A stretch of DNA of 64,000 bases from Candidatus Pacearchaeota archaeon (GCA_041651235.1 JBAZJQ010000001.1:558449-622448), one strand, 5' to 3'. Counted from the stretch's first letter, positions 44,145 to 53,362 are shown. Numbers and translations: made by a program. Notes: a model not told the origin generated them from the letters alone.

Positions 44145-44618
44145 ATGGTTATAGCAGTTGAGTTAGCAATGTCTTGTAATAAAAGAAGGGAAGGATTAAC
44201 TGATGAACTAATAGGTGCTGCGATTAAACATGTTAAAACTAGCCGGGACCCAGATATTAGAGGATTAGTTTCTATTATGGCAAAAAAATTGCAAGACTCA
44301 AGAACCTCTTACATACCCAATGTCCTTTCTCATCATTATCTTGGAGGGGAGGCCACAAATATATTTCAATGCACTGAAGATTCCCAAGTTTTTTTGGCTA
44401 GATATTTACTAGAAAAATCTGCTCCTGAAGGATTAACTGTTCAGATTCTGCGGAATTCAAAATCTCCTTTTTTGATTACAGACCAAATCAGAACTAAAGC
44501 ATATGAACTGAGTCAAACTAGTGGAAAAGACGATTTTTCAAATTGGATTCTTGCCCAACATTCTTATGTCTGTGGTGCAGAAGGATTTTTTTATTCTATC
44601 GAAAAACCCCATTTATAA
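44145..44618 (+). CDS. hypothetical protein (orphan)
   Basis: 157-aa ORF, visibly higher G+C, no motif. Confidence 0.35.
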   Translation: MVIAVELAMSCNKRREGLTDELIGAAIKHVKTSRDPDIRGLVSIMAKKLQDSRTSYIPNVLSHHYLGGEATNIFQCTEDSQVFLARYLLEKSAPEGLTVQILRNSKSPFLITDQIRTKAYELSQTSGKDDFSNWILAQHSYVCGAEGFFYSIEKPHL

Positions 44619-44624
44619 ATTTAT

Positions 44625-45074
44625 TTAGTTAAAAAAAGCTTGTTTTGCCTGACTTGTAGAAGCTGTTAGGCTAAGAAATAAACTCATTATGTCTTGTTTT
44701 GATTTTTTATTAAGAATTATGATTTTGGTTCCTGTTCTTTTGCATAAATTAATATTTTGGATTATTCTTGCTAGAACTTCTGCTTTTTCTTTTTTAGGAA
44801 GTTTAGTTATTTCATTTAAATTAATTGCTATCTGAATGTTGTTTTGCTTGGCTAATTTGCATAAAACTTCATTTAAGCCAGAATCTCTTTGCTTTAACTT
44901 GTTTTTTCTATTATGCATCTCGGGACTTAATAACATATTTATATCTTTATTCTCTAGTAGTTTTCTGTTAAATTCATAATCTTGAGCTTTAACTATAATT
45001 GTTCTGTTTTCTTTTTTTAATTTTTGAATTTGCTTTCTAGCTTCATTTAAATTAGTTGTATTAATTATTTCCAT
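44625..45074 (-). CDS. RNase P protein component 3 (Rpp30-like), short form
   Basis: INMLLSPEMH...DSGLNEVLCKLAKQNNIQIAINLNEI...AEVLARIIQNINLCKRTGTKIIILN aligns by eye with Pyrococcus Rpp30 [38 protein letters not shown]...[25 protein letters not shown]. Confidence 0.55.
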   Translation of the reverse strand: MEIINTTNLNEARKQIQKLKKENRTIIVKAQDYEFNRKLLENKDINMLLSPEMHNRKNKLKQRDSGLNEVLCKLAKQNNIQIAINLNEITKLPKKEKAEVLARIIQNINLCKRTGTKIIILNKKSKQDIMSLFLSLTASTSQAKQAFFN

Positions 45075-45131
45075 ATTTATTGTATAATACAAATGTTTTT
45101 AAGCATTAAAAATGTTTTTGAAACCTGAAAA

Positions 45132-45560
45132 ATGGGGAAATATACAGTAGATTATAACGCATTTGTAAAGATAATTAAAAAGGAGAATGAATATGTCGCA
45201 GAAGTAAGGATTCCATTAAGCGCTTCGCTTGTTAAATCTCAACAGATTGATCCGATAAACTGCCTGATTCCTTTAATTTTTGAAAAAGGGAATTATATTT
45301 TTGATATAAAAAATGCAACAGATAAATCTGGAAAGCCTTATGTTATGGGAGGAAATGAGTTTAGAATTTCTAAAGGAAAAAAACTTCTAGAGCTTTTGTG
45401 TAAAGATCCATTTAGTTTTGATGAAGAAGATATTGGGGAGGTAATTACTAAGACTTTGATGTTTAATAAGCAAGAGGGTTCTTCTTCTAATAAAAGAATT
45501 GAGAAGGGGTATAATGGAAGATCTAGACTTCAAAGATCTATAGATAGCCCTCGAAATTAG
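45132..45560 (+). CDS. hypothetical protein (orphan)
   Basis: 142-aa ORF, no motif. Confidence 0.35.
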   Translation: MGKYTVDYNAFVKIIKKENEYVAEVRIPLSASLVKSQQIDPINCLIPLIFEKGNYIFDIKNATDKSGKPYVMGGNEFRISKGKKLLELLCKDPFSFDEEDIGEVITKTLMFNKQEGSSSNKRIEKGYNGRSRLQRSIDSPRN

Positions 45561-46252
45561 CCCTTAATCCTTGAACCAATAAAATACTTGTTGTTTAACA
45601 CCTTATCTAAATTTTCTATATCTGGACCAAGAATATAAGTTGTTATGTTATGCTTTTTAATTATTTTTGCAGCTGTCTGATCTAATACAAAGTTCTGTCC
45701 AGGCTTAAATTTAATTTGATTTGCTATTTTTAAAAAATCTTTGTGATTTATTTCAGGGATAAATTTAGCTGATTTAAATTTTTTTGGATTTTTATCATAA
45801 AGCCCATTTACATTTGTTAGATTAATAAAATCACTATTAAAATAATGAGCTAGTTTTGCTGAAGTAGAATCAGAGGTTTGCTTTTTTGCATATCTTAATG
45901 CACCACAAAAAACAAAATCATTAAATTTTAACATGCTTTCTATTTCTTTCATGTCGTGAGGAATACCTTGATTAGCATCTTTTCCAAAGAAATAAGTTAA
46001 AAATCTTGCATTTAGTCTTGTTACTGAAATTCCAAGCAAACTCTGAAAATATTCCTTGTTTTTTATATTTTCATTATCTAATCCATGAATATATGTTCTT
46101 GCTATACTTCCTCCCCCACAAACAACTACAAATTTGTATTTATTTTTGTTTTTTTCAAGAACTTTTTTAAATTTATTTAGAAATTCATTATTTATCTTAT
46201 CTGGAACAATCATACTTCCACCTAAGCTTAATACAATCACCTTTTTTTCCAT
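45557..46252 (-). CDS. pyrH: amino-acid-kinase-family enzyme, probably archaeal UMP kinase
   Basis: Trimmed to ATG 46252. VIVLSLGGSMIVP, FVVVCGGGSIARTYI, YDKNPKKF. Confidence 0.6.
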   Translation of the reverse strand: MEKKVIVLSLGGSMIVPDKINNEFLNKFKKVLEKNKNKYKFVVVCGGGSIARTYIHGLDNENIKNKEYFQSLLGISVTRLNARFLTYFFGKDANQGIPHDMKEIESMLKFNDFVFCGALRYAKKQTSDSTSAKLAHYFNSDFINLTNVNGLYDKNPKKFKSAKFIPEINHKDFLKIANQIKFKPGQNFVLDQTAAKIIKKHNITTYILGPDIENLDKVLNNKYFIGSRIKG

Positions 46253-46348
46253 ATTATAATTAAGATAAATTTCTGGTTTATTTAAAGGTTTTTGATGTAT
46301 TGTCTGTAGTATAATAATTGTTTTTAAGGACATTTTGCATACTGATTT

Positions 46349-46735
46349 ATGAGCAGTCATGAATATATCTCTGGACAGTATTTTGCTCAGGCATTTAGAG
46401 ATTTTATTATTCATGATAAAGGAGCATTTAGAGTATTAGGTGGAGGGGGAGTAAATCCAGATAAAGTTAGACATTCTGGGAAAACTCTTTCTTTTCCTTA
46501 TCTTAATTTAGACCATCGTTTATTTTTTGAAGATTCTATTGGAGATAAACAAATAGTTACACATGAAATACATTATTCAGAAAATGGCAATGAATGCGAA
46601 GAAGATTATAGTTTAAATTTAGATATTCAAAGAACTAGAACTGGAAGAGCTTCTGAAAATTATTCTAAAAATGTTTTGGAGCTTTTTGTTGGAGATATGA
46701 AAAAGTTCCATAGAAAACATTTAAACAGTAAATAA
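46349..46735 (+). CDS. hypothetical protein (orphan)
   Basis: 128-aa ORF, no motif. Confidence 0.3.
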   Translation: MSSHEYISGQYFAQAFRDFIIHDKGAFRVLGGGGVNPDKVRHSGKTLSFPYLNLDHRLFFEDSIGDKQIVTHEIHYSENGNECEEDYSLNLDIQRTRTGRASENYSKNVLELFVGDMKKFHRKHLNSK

Positions 46736-46999
46736 ATTAGTATCCTGGACATCAAAGATTTTTAATCTTGCTCCGCAATCTAACCAGCCATGAGCATAAT
46801 TTAAGCATCCATAAGCATTTACATAATTCCCTTGCTTTTCAAAATGTTTTGAATCTGATAAATAGCATTCCACCATTTCTATAATTTCTTTTGCTTGTTT
46901 TTCTTTTCCTTTAACAATTGATTTCTTAACTACTGCTAAAGCTTTGCTTGTGAGATTATAGTACTTTTCAATTTTTTCTTTGGTTATTTGTTTTTCCAT
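46721..46999 (-). CDS. DUF357-like small protein
   Basis: YLSDSKHFEKQGNYVNAYGCLNYAHGWLDCGARL pattern. Confidence 0.45.
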   Translation of the reverse strand: MEKQITKEKIEKYYNLTSKALAVVKKSIVKGKEKQAKEIIEMVECYLSDSKHFEKQGNYVNAYGCLNYAHGWLDCGARLKIFDVQDTNLFTV

Positions 47000-47019
47000 T
47001 TTATGTTTTTATTATCTTT

Positions 47020-47057
47020 GGTAATTTATTGTTTGTTTTATTAAGATATTGATATTC
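47020..47057 (+). repeat. intergenic modular repeat, locus 12 (A fused to C)
   Basis: GGTAATTTATTGTTTGTTTTATTAAGATATTGATATTC. Confidence 0.6.
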
Positions 47058-47193
47058 AATTATACTAAATAAAACCCTGTTTAAATATATTTTCAAATAA
47101 GCTTTTGAAAAGCATGTTTCTGATATGGCGGTTTGTCTTGTTTATATTGAATTACCTAAATCATTTAAAAAAGGAAAATATTTGGATAATTGA

Positions 47194-47226
47194 AAAAGAG
47201 AGGGAAGGGAGGGGAGCTCCTCTCTT
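47194..47226. other. GC-rich stem-loop with purine/G-tract loop
   Basis: AAAGAGAGG(47194-47202) pairs with CCTCTCTTT(47218-47226); loop GAAGGGAGGGGAGCT; followed by CTTTT. Confidence 0.4.
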
Positions 47227-47295
47227 TCTTTTAAATTGATATGAAAAATATTTAAAGTATCTTTTCTTAGTTATAATTGAAGGAGGTTAATGAAA

Positions 47296-47469
47296 ATGCA
47301 AAGTAAATGGTATGCTTGGCTGATTTTGATTTTAGGTATCTTGTTAATTTTACCCAAGATAGGAATCACGCAACTTGGAGATTTAACTATCGGAATTACC
47401 TCTTGGTTAGTCCCAATAATAATTCTTGTTGTTGCAATAATTGGCTTGATAAAAAGCTACAAAAAATAA
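47296..47469 (+). CDS. small two-TM membrane protein
   Basis: 57 aa, below the ORF-track cutoff. MQSKWYAWLILILGILLILPKIG...; SD AGGAGGT 8 nt upstream. Confidence 0.4.
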   Translation: MQSKWYAWLILILGILLILPKIGITQLGDLTIGITSWLVPIIILVVAIIGLIKSYKK

Positions 47470-47482
47470 ATCTTTAATTTTT

Positions 47483-48247
47483 TTATCTTATTTTTTGATA
47501 ACCTAAAATCCTATTTATAATAAATCTTGAACCTACAAATTCTGAAATTATTGCAGATATAACTAAATCTCCGACTGCTGCTTTTAAAATCCCCCCAGTT
47601 ATGGGGATTCTTGCTTGTCTTGAAAATTCATTTATAATCTCGGTTATTTCTTCTTGAGTTAGACTAAATTCAGTTGTGTTTACTCTGTTATTCTTTTTTA
47701 CAAGAACATTTTTTCCTGGACCAGAGCATTCAATTGATTGTATTTTTTGATCTTTTAATAACTGCTCCATCTTACCTAAATTAAAATCAGTTGGTCTTGG
47801 TTGGGCTACTGGTTGAATTTCTTTTAAAGTTTGCATTTGAGGACTCATTTCTTTTACCAACTTTTGACTTGGAATCATTGCAGGAGATTTCATGAATTGC
47901 CTGGGTCTTTGGATATCTGGATGAGGGGTAATTGATTGTTTTATCCTATGAAAAATTGGTTTTCTCTTTTCAATTATTGGAGAAGAAATAAATTGTTTTG
48001 GCTCTAATGGTTTTACTGGAATTATAATCTGCGTTTCTAATTGTTTTTTTTCTTGAATTGAAGGCATAAATGCTTTTCCTATTGCTTGTTCAGGAGATTC
48101 TAAAGGAGCTATAAATTTTTGTCTTAATTTTTCTACTTCAATTAATTTTTTTCTTTCTTCTTCGCTTTTAGAATTTAATAATAATGCGGCTGTGAATTTT
48201 CTTAAAAATATAATTCTATCTTCAGGTTTAATTAACTTTAGTGCCAT
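47483..48247 (-). CDS. protein ending in a FlaI/CpaF/VirB11-type N-terminal region but lacking the ATPase core
   Basis: IQSIECSGPGKNVLVKKNNRVNTTEFSLTQEEITEIINEFSRQARIPITGGILKAAVGDLVISAIISEFVGSRFIINRI parallels I.eImvNGp..v.vE..G.......F.....l..ii.ri....gr.i....P..dA.L.DGsRv.a......G..ftIRK. The ORF stops where the Walker A motif would follow. Confidence 0.4.
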   Translation of the reverse strand: MALKLIKPEDRIIFLRKFTAALLLNSKSEEERKKLIEVEKLRQKFIAPLESPEQAIGKAFMPSIQEKKQLETQIIIPVKPLEPKQFISSPIIEKRKPIFHRIKQSITPHPDIQRPRQFMKSPAMIPSQKLVKEMSPQMQTLKEIQPVAQPRPTDFNLGKMEQLLKDQKIQSIECSGPGKNVLVKKNNRVNTTEFSLTQEEITEIINEFSRQARIPITGGILKAAVGDLVISAIISEFVGSRFIINRILGYQKIR

Positions 48248-48633
48248 TAAAACTTTGGAAGAGGTTTGGGTCTTGAAGCTTCAAAATTTTCTGGTGAAAG
48301 GGGATGTCTAGGTTCTCTTTGTTTTATTTTGTCTTCCATTAAAATGATCCCCCTCGCAATTGTTTTGTTCTGGTCCAATAAAGAATCTAATTTTTTTAAT
48401 AATTCGTTATCCGATTTATTAATTGAACCTTCTGATTTATCCTCGTATTTTTCAGAAAAACTTTTTGCAGAAATTTCAAATAATTGAAGCATTTTAGAAA
48501 TATTCGTTGAAAGCTCATCGAACCTTACTGCAAGATTAGTAAGAACTTTTTGAAGATTAATAAAGTTGTTGAGTAATGCTTTTTCTATATCTTCTTTATC
48601 CATTATTTTATTTGCACTAGTCTTTTTTGTCAT
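48247..48633 (-). CDS. hypothetical coiled-coil protein, co-transcribed with 47483..48247
   Basis: 128 aa; its stop overlaps the downstream start by 1 nt. Confidence 0.4.
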   Translation of the reverse strand: MTKKTSANKIMDKEDIEKALLNNFINLQKVLTNLAVRFDELSTNISKMLQLFEISAKSFSEKYEDKSEGSINKSDNELLKKLDSLLDQNKTIARGIILMEDKIKQREPRHPLSPENFEASRPKPLPKF

Positions 48634-48726
48634 AATTAGGATAGGAAAAGGTAATTTATAAATTTTGGGTTTATTTATTTTTTATGTTTTAGCAGGATTT
48701 AAATATATATTTTGCTCAGCTATAAT

Positions 48727-49590
48727 ATGAAAAAGGTGGTGATAGGATATATTTTTAGTGAAAAAAGAAAAGGAAGAGATGAAAAACTCTTTTTAAAATT
48801 AGCTAAAAAGAAGAATATAGAGTTATATATGATTAATTCTAGAAAGATATCGAATATTAATGAAATAGGAGAAGTAGAAAATATAGCTAAAAAGTGCGAT
48901 ATTTTTTATAATAATTCTGCAGAAGAATTTGCATTGGAAATAGCTAAAATGATTGAAGAAACAGGAAAAAGGGTTATTGATTCTTCTCGAACTTATTATT
49001 ATAGTGAAGATAAATGGATGTGTTATTTGATTTGCAAGGAAAATAAAATTCCCACATTGAATACAATTCTTTTATCAGAAAATCTTGGTGTTGCCAGAAA
49101 AGAGTTGAAAGATTTTGGCCATTGGCCAGTTATTTTAAAAAGAGTTTACGGTTGTATGGGAGAATATGTTGATAAAGCAGATGATCTTAATGGAGCTGAA
49201 AAGATAATAAAAAAATTTTGGAGAAAAGGAAGCGAGAAGATCCCGGTTATTGCTCAGGAATTTGTTAAATCTTCCAGTTATAGAGTTTTAGTTATTGGGG
49301 GAAAGATAGTTCAGACTGCTTTAAAAGAAAGCAAGAACTGGAAAGCAACAGGAGTTCATGCAACTAAATTCAAGAAATTTCCTGTTGATAAAGAACTTAT
49401 TAAAGTAATCAAGAGATTGACTAATGCCACTAAAATAAATGTTTGTGGTGTTGATTTATTTAAGAAAAACGGAAAATGGATTGTTCTTGAAATTAATGCA
49501 GAACCTGCTTTTGATTTTTTTGAAAATGAAAGAGAAAAGATAATAGGTTTAGTTTTAGATTTAGTTAAGAGTAAAGTTAAGAAAAGATAA
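48727..49590 (+). CDS. ATP-grasp ligase (RimK/LysX-like)
   Basis: Trimmed to ATG 48727. WPVILKRVYGCMGEYV, IAQEFVKSSSYRVLVIGGKIV, VCGVDLFKKNGKWIVLEINAEP. Confidence 0.7.
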   Translation: MKKVVIGYIFSEKRKGRDEKLFLKLAKKKNIELYMINSRKISNINEIGEVENIAKKCDIFYNNSAEEFALEIAKMIEETGKRVIDSSRTYYYSEDKWMCYLICKENKIPTLNTILLSENLGVARKELKDFGHWPVILKRVYGCMGEYVDKADDLNGAEKIIKKFWRKGSEKIPVIAQEFVKSSSYRVLVIGGKIVQTALKESKNWKATGVHATKFKKFPVDKELIKVIKRLTNATKINVCGVDLFKKNGKWIVLEINAEPAFDFFENEREKIIGLVLDLVKSKVKKR

Positions 49591-49600
49591 AGTAGATTAT

Positions 49601-49647
49601 CAATAATTTATTAAGACATAAACTCGGCAGAGGATAAGAGTATCTTT
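49601..49647 (+). repeat. intergenic modular repeat, locus 13 (A + degenerate B)
   Basis: CAATAATTTATTAAGACAT / ACTCGGCAGAGGATAAGAGTATCTTT; begins 11 nt after the stop. Confidence 0.6.
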
Positions 49648-49682
49648 TAATGTTTTTTATTCTCTAAGGATATTTAGAGAAA

Positions 49683-50432
49683 TCAAATTTTATCATAAAG
49701 CTTCTCTGATTTTTCTATTTCCTTTAGGTTGATCTCTGCAACTATTAAATCTTCTTTTTTTATTGCTTCTTTTAAAATCCTGTGAGGAGAAACAATTGCA
49801 GAATAAGAAACTAAATCTTTTTCATTTATTAGTGGGTTGCATATTGCAACGAAAAAGAGATTTTCAAATGCTCTTGCTGAAACCAGTGCTTTTAACAATA
49901 AAGTTTCTCTTTTTTTGTGTTGGTTATCATATGCTTTTTTTTCATAACACCATTGAGCAGGACAAAATATAATTTCTGCCCCTTCTTCTTTCATTTTTTG
50001 AAATAATCTTGGAAATGCCAAATCCCAACATATAACAATTCCGATTGTTGCAAAATCAGTTTTAAAGACTTTTACTCTAGTTCCTGCTTCGGTTTTATCT
50101 CCATATAAATTTATTTTCTTGTAATTTCCTGCTATTTCTCCTTTTCTGTTAATTAGAACTGCGGTATTGTAATCTCTGCCTTTATGATTAATATCTTCTG
50201 TTATAATACACCAAATAGAGTGTTTTTTGCATTCTTCTTGTATTTCCTTTAAAATAGGATTTTTTAATGTTATTACTGCGGTTTTATGGACACAGGATTC
50301 AGGAAAGCAGATTATGTCAGCTCCTTTTTTTGAAGCCATATGGATGTATGCTCTTATTTTTTCTAAATTATCTTTTTCAGAAATATTAAAGTATTTTATT
50401 GGAGCTAGAGCAATAATTGGGTTTTTTTTCAT
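49683..50432 (-). CDS. carbon-nitrogen hydrolase (nitrilase superfamily)
   Basis: Trimmed to ATG 50432. Catalytic triad context ICFPESC (Glu), YKKINLY (Lys), IVICWDLAFP (Cys). Confidence 0.8.
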   Translation of the reverse strand: MKKNPIIALAPIKYFNISEKDNLEKIRAYIHMASKKGADIICFPESCVHKTAVITLKNPILKEIQEECKKHSIWCIITEDINHKGRDYNTAVLINRKGEIAGNYKKINLYGDKTEAGTRVKVFKTDFATIGIVICWDLAFPRLFQKMKEEGAEIIFCPAQWCYEKKAYDNQHKKRETLLLKALVSARAFENLFFVAICNPLINEKDLVSYSAIVSPHRILKEAIKKEDLIVAEINLKEIEKSEKLYDKI

Positions 50433-50505
50433 ATTATAAGGAATCGTGAGAAATATATAAATGTGATGGAGAGTAAATGGGGACAGGGGGAATTTAACCC
50501 CCATC

Positions 50506-50790
50506 TCAAGCTCTGGAGGCTCGAATTCTAACATTGAAATATGTCCCCCTATAATATTTAGGAATTTTATTCAATTCCTTTTGCTCCAATATAATTATTC
50601 TATTTTTACCTATTAAAAACCTATCTTTTTTTGGTTTTTGGTGAGATATGAGTATTCCTGTATTTGAATTAATCTCTTCTAGATATCTATCTAGCTGATT
50701 TATTTTATATATAGATATATCTTTTAATTTGTAATCTTTAATTTTAATTATAATCTTTTTATCTTTTCTTTCTAGAATTCTTAGGTTTTT
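50506..50790 (-). other. 94-codon open frame without ATG/GTG, in the +1 frame relative to the upstream PIN gene
   Basis: KNLRILERKDKKIIIKIKDYKLKDISIYKINQLDRYLEEINSNTGILISHQKPKKDRFLIGKNRIIILEQKELNKIPKYYRGTYFNVRIRASRA. A stop-free run this long is unexpected in AT-rich DNA. Confidence 0.35.
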
Positions 50791-51454
50791 AAAGCCCTTT
50801 CATTTCTTCTATTTCTTCTTCTGAAATAGAGCAGCCTTTATATTTTAAGCCATATAACATTGCTTCATATGCTCTTGGGTCTTTTAAATCAATCAAGCCC
50901 TTTTTATGGGCAATATAAGCAAGTTCAGTTGAACGAATTATTTTATAATCCTTAAAATGCTTGTAATTTTCTCTATTTGCTTTAACAGAGGTTTTTAGTT
51001 TTTTTTGCAATAATTTTCTTAAATTCTCTGGATTTTCGCAAAGCATTTTTGTTGTTCTTTCATCAATAACTAGAGTACATTCATCTTTTAAAATAGAGCA
51101 TAAAGCTAGTGCAGCACATTCACCTTTATCTAATAAATGAATATCCTTCTCATTTGCTCTAAAAGTAGAATTAGCTGTTTGCATTAAAAATTCTCTTATT
51201 TCTCTTAATCTTTGAACTTCGTGTTCATTTATATTTGCATGTTTTATTACTCCTTCTTCAAATAATGCTTTTAACTGGATCGCTCCTAATTCAAATCTTT
51301 TTATATTCAAAGGAGTATCAATTATTTCTTGTTTTACTTCTTTGGTTATAAGAAAATCTCCTTTAAATTCATGTTTTAATTTTCTTAAGATTGGAAGAAT
51401 TCCGTTCATTGAGAAATTAATTAATGGACCCGAATCAAAGATTAGATGTTTCAT
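50789..51454 (-). CDS. PIN-domain-like protein
   Basis: LIFDSGPLINF (first Asp), DKGECAALAL, TLVIDERT acidic residues in PIN order. Confidence 0.5.
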   Translation of the reverse strand: MKHLIFDSGPLINFSMNGILPILRKLKHEFKGDFLITKEVKQEIIDTPLNIKRFELGAIQLKALFEEGVIKHANINEHEVQRLREIREFLMQTANSTFRANEKDIHLLDKGECAALALCSILKDECTLVIDERTTKMLCENPENLRKLLQKKLKTSVKANRENYKHFKDYKIIRSTELAYIAHKKGLIDLKDPRAYEAMLYGLKYKGCSISEEEIEEMKGL

Positions 51455-51708
51455 TTTTTATTTCTTTTTAATTTATTTATTTTATCTTCTAACTTTTTGA
51501 ATCTTGCATCATTATTAACATCAAATATCCATTCTAAAAATAATATTCCTGGAAAAACTATTAAAAAAGTTATTATTATTCCTTCTATACTCAATCTTTT
51601 TATCTGGCTCCAATCTAAACCAAAAAATACCCCATGTACAATCATTGTAATTGATGCAAGTATTGAAAATACTAAGATTATTAATATTTGTTTTTTTAAA
51701 AGTTTCAT
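51451..51708 (-). CDS. small membrane protein
   Basis: 85 aa, two TM helices; 4-nt overlaps on both sides. Confidence 0.4.
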   Translation of the reverse strand: MKLLKKQILIILVFSILASITMIVHGVFFGLDWSQIKRLSIEGIIITFLIVFPGILFLEWIFDVNNDARFKKLEDKINKLKRNKK

Positions 51709-52265
51709 TCAAAAGTTTCCTCTGCTAATTTAATTCTTTTTTTTAATAGCATTGTTATTCCTAAATTAACATCTCCAATACCTACTTTGCCTGCATATTC
51801 AGCTAACTCCCAAACAGAAATCCCTAAAATTTTTGCTGTTTTTTCCATTGAAATACCATGCTCATAAATCTTTGATGCTTTGTTTATTTGAGCTTTTCTA
51901 AATACGTCGCTAATATATGCTTTCAAATTACCTGAAAGGGAATCGATTAATTTTCTTATAAGTTCTATTTCACTTCTAAATCCCCCAATATCATCTTTTC
52001 TCATTAAAATAATTAAATTATTTATGCTTTTTATGTATCTTCCTGAAAAACCAGTCCAGTTTTTTTGTTTTTTATATTCTTCTCTTTCTAAGATTTTGCT
52101 TAGAGAATAAATAATTACTGCTAGAGAAATTATATCGGGATCCTGCTCTATTGAAGCCTGGTGAATAATGGTATTGCTTAGTGCTCTAATTTCACTATAA
52201 TCTTCTCTTTTAAGTGCCTTTTGAACTTCTTCAAGAATATTGATTATATGTTTTCTTTCCCTCAT
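51705..52265 (-). CDS. hypothetical protein with C-terminal HTH-like segment
   Basis: MEKTAKILGISVWELAEYAG near the C-terminus. Confidence 0.4.
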   Translation of the reverse strand: MRERKHIINILEEVQKALKREDYSEIRALSNTIIHQASIEQDPDIISLAVIIYSLSKILEREEYKKQKNWTGFSGRYIKSINNLIILMRKDDIGGFRSEIELIRKLIDSLSGNLKAYISDVFRKAQINKASKIYEHGISMEKTAKILGISVWELAEYAGKVGIGDVNLGITMLLKKRIKLAEETFE

Positions 52266-52320
52266 TTTATTCTTATCATAAGAAGGATAATTATATAAAT
52301 ATTCCTTTAGTTGTTTGTTT

Positions 52321-52707
52321 ATGGAAGTTATACTCGATACTAATTTTCTTATTTATTGTGCAAAAGAAAAATTAGATTATGTTGAAAAAATTAGTAATCT
52401 GCTGAATGAGAATTACGAATTAGTTGTACCTAAGCAAGTTATAAAAGAACTAACTAGTCTAAAAAATGATAAATTCAAGAAGGTTTCTGGAAAAGATAAA
52501 ACTGCTTGCGACTTAGCTTTGAAGTTATTGAAGTTTAATAAAATTAAAATTGTGAGTCCTATTGGAGATAGTGTTGATGACGCAATTATTAATCTTTCTA
52601 AAGAAGATAGTAAAAATATAGTTTGTACTTTAGACAGGGAAATGAGGCATATTTTAGGGAGAGTTATTCTATTGAATAAAGATAAACAGTTGATTTTAAC
52701 GAGATAA
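52321..52707 (+). CDS. PIN-domain endonuclease (Fcf1/Utp24-like)
   Basis: MEVILDTNFLIY, VVPKQVIKEL, DDAIINL..VCTLDREMR; typical position upstream of rpoE'. Confidence 0.7.
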   Translation: MEVILDTNFLIYCAKEKLDYVEKISNLLNENYELVVPKQVIKELTSLKNDKFKKVSGKDKTACDLALKLLKFNKIKIVSPIGDSVDDAIINLSKEDSKNIVCTLDREMRHILGRVILLNKDKQLILTR

Positions 52708-52755
52708 CTGCTTAGGAGTAAGCTTTATAAATATACTTTTTTCTATTATAATACA

Positions 52756-53361
52756 ATGTTCTATGTAGTTGATGTGGAGGATTATGTAAGAGTAGAACCT
52801 AAGTTATTTGGACTTAAAACTAGCGATGCTGTTGCTCAACAACTTCAAGAAACGTATAAAGAATACCATGATAAAGAAATTGGAGAGGTTGTTGGAGTAA
52901 TTTCAGTTGCAGAAGTTGGAGAGGGCATTATAATTCCGGGAGATGGAGCTGCTTATTATAAATCTAAATTTAGGATAGTTGCTTGGAAACCTGAATTACA
53001 GGAATTATGCTTTGGGATTATTGAAGAAATAACTAATTTTGGTGCTTTTATGAATTTAGGGGTTATGAAAGGAATGATTCATATAAGCCAGACAATGGAC
53101 GATTATGTTTCATTTTCATCAACAAATACTTTACTTGGGAAAGATTCAAAGAAAATTTTGAAAAAAGGAGATGCTTGCTTAGCGAGAGTTGTTGCATTAT
53201 CTTATAAAGGAGATAATCCCAAAATAGGATTGACTATGAGACAGCCCGGATTAGGAAAATTAGAATGGATTGAAGAAGAAAAAAGAAAAAATAAAAAATC
53301 AACAAAATCAGAAGAGCCTGCTGTTAAAAAAACATTTAAAGATAAAAAGGAGAAAAAATAA
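52756..53361 (+). CDS. rpoE1: DNA-directed RNA polymerase subunit E' (Rpo7)
   Basis: MFYVVDVEDYVRVEPKLFG N-terminus; S1 domain GIIEEITNFGAFMNLGVMKGMIHISQ; K/E-rich tail. Confidence 0.85.
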   Translation: MFYVVDVEDYVRVEPKLFGLKTSDAVAQQLQETYKEYHDKEIGEVVGVISVAEVGEGIIIPGDGAAYYKSKFRIVAWKPELQELCFGIIEEITNFGAFMNLGVMKGMIHISQTMDDYVSFSSTNTLLGKDSKKILKKGDACLARVVALSYKGDNPKIGLTMRQPGLGKLEWIEEEKRKNKKSTKSEEPAVKKTFKDKKEKK

Positions 53362-53362
53362 A

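Noticed and set aside
46253-46414. N-terminal extensions in the ORF track (here pyrH; likewise 1031-1141, 1900-1923, 10394-10480, 18807-18932, 19843-19968, 25862-25900, 50433-50534, 53270-53362, 55047-55103, 59198-59215, 59903-59914)
   Set aside because: The extensions start at upstream or alternative start codons, overlap neighbouring genes or promoters, and lack similarity to the protein family. An internal ATG matches the conserved N-terminus.
47201-47213. G-quadruplex in GGGAAGGGAGGGG
   Set aside because: Only three G-runs of three or more are present. A canonical intramolecular G4 needs four.
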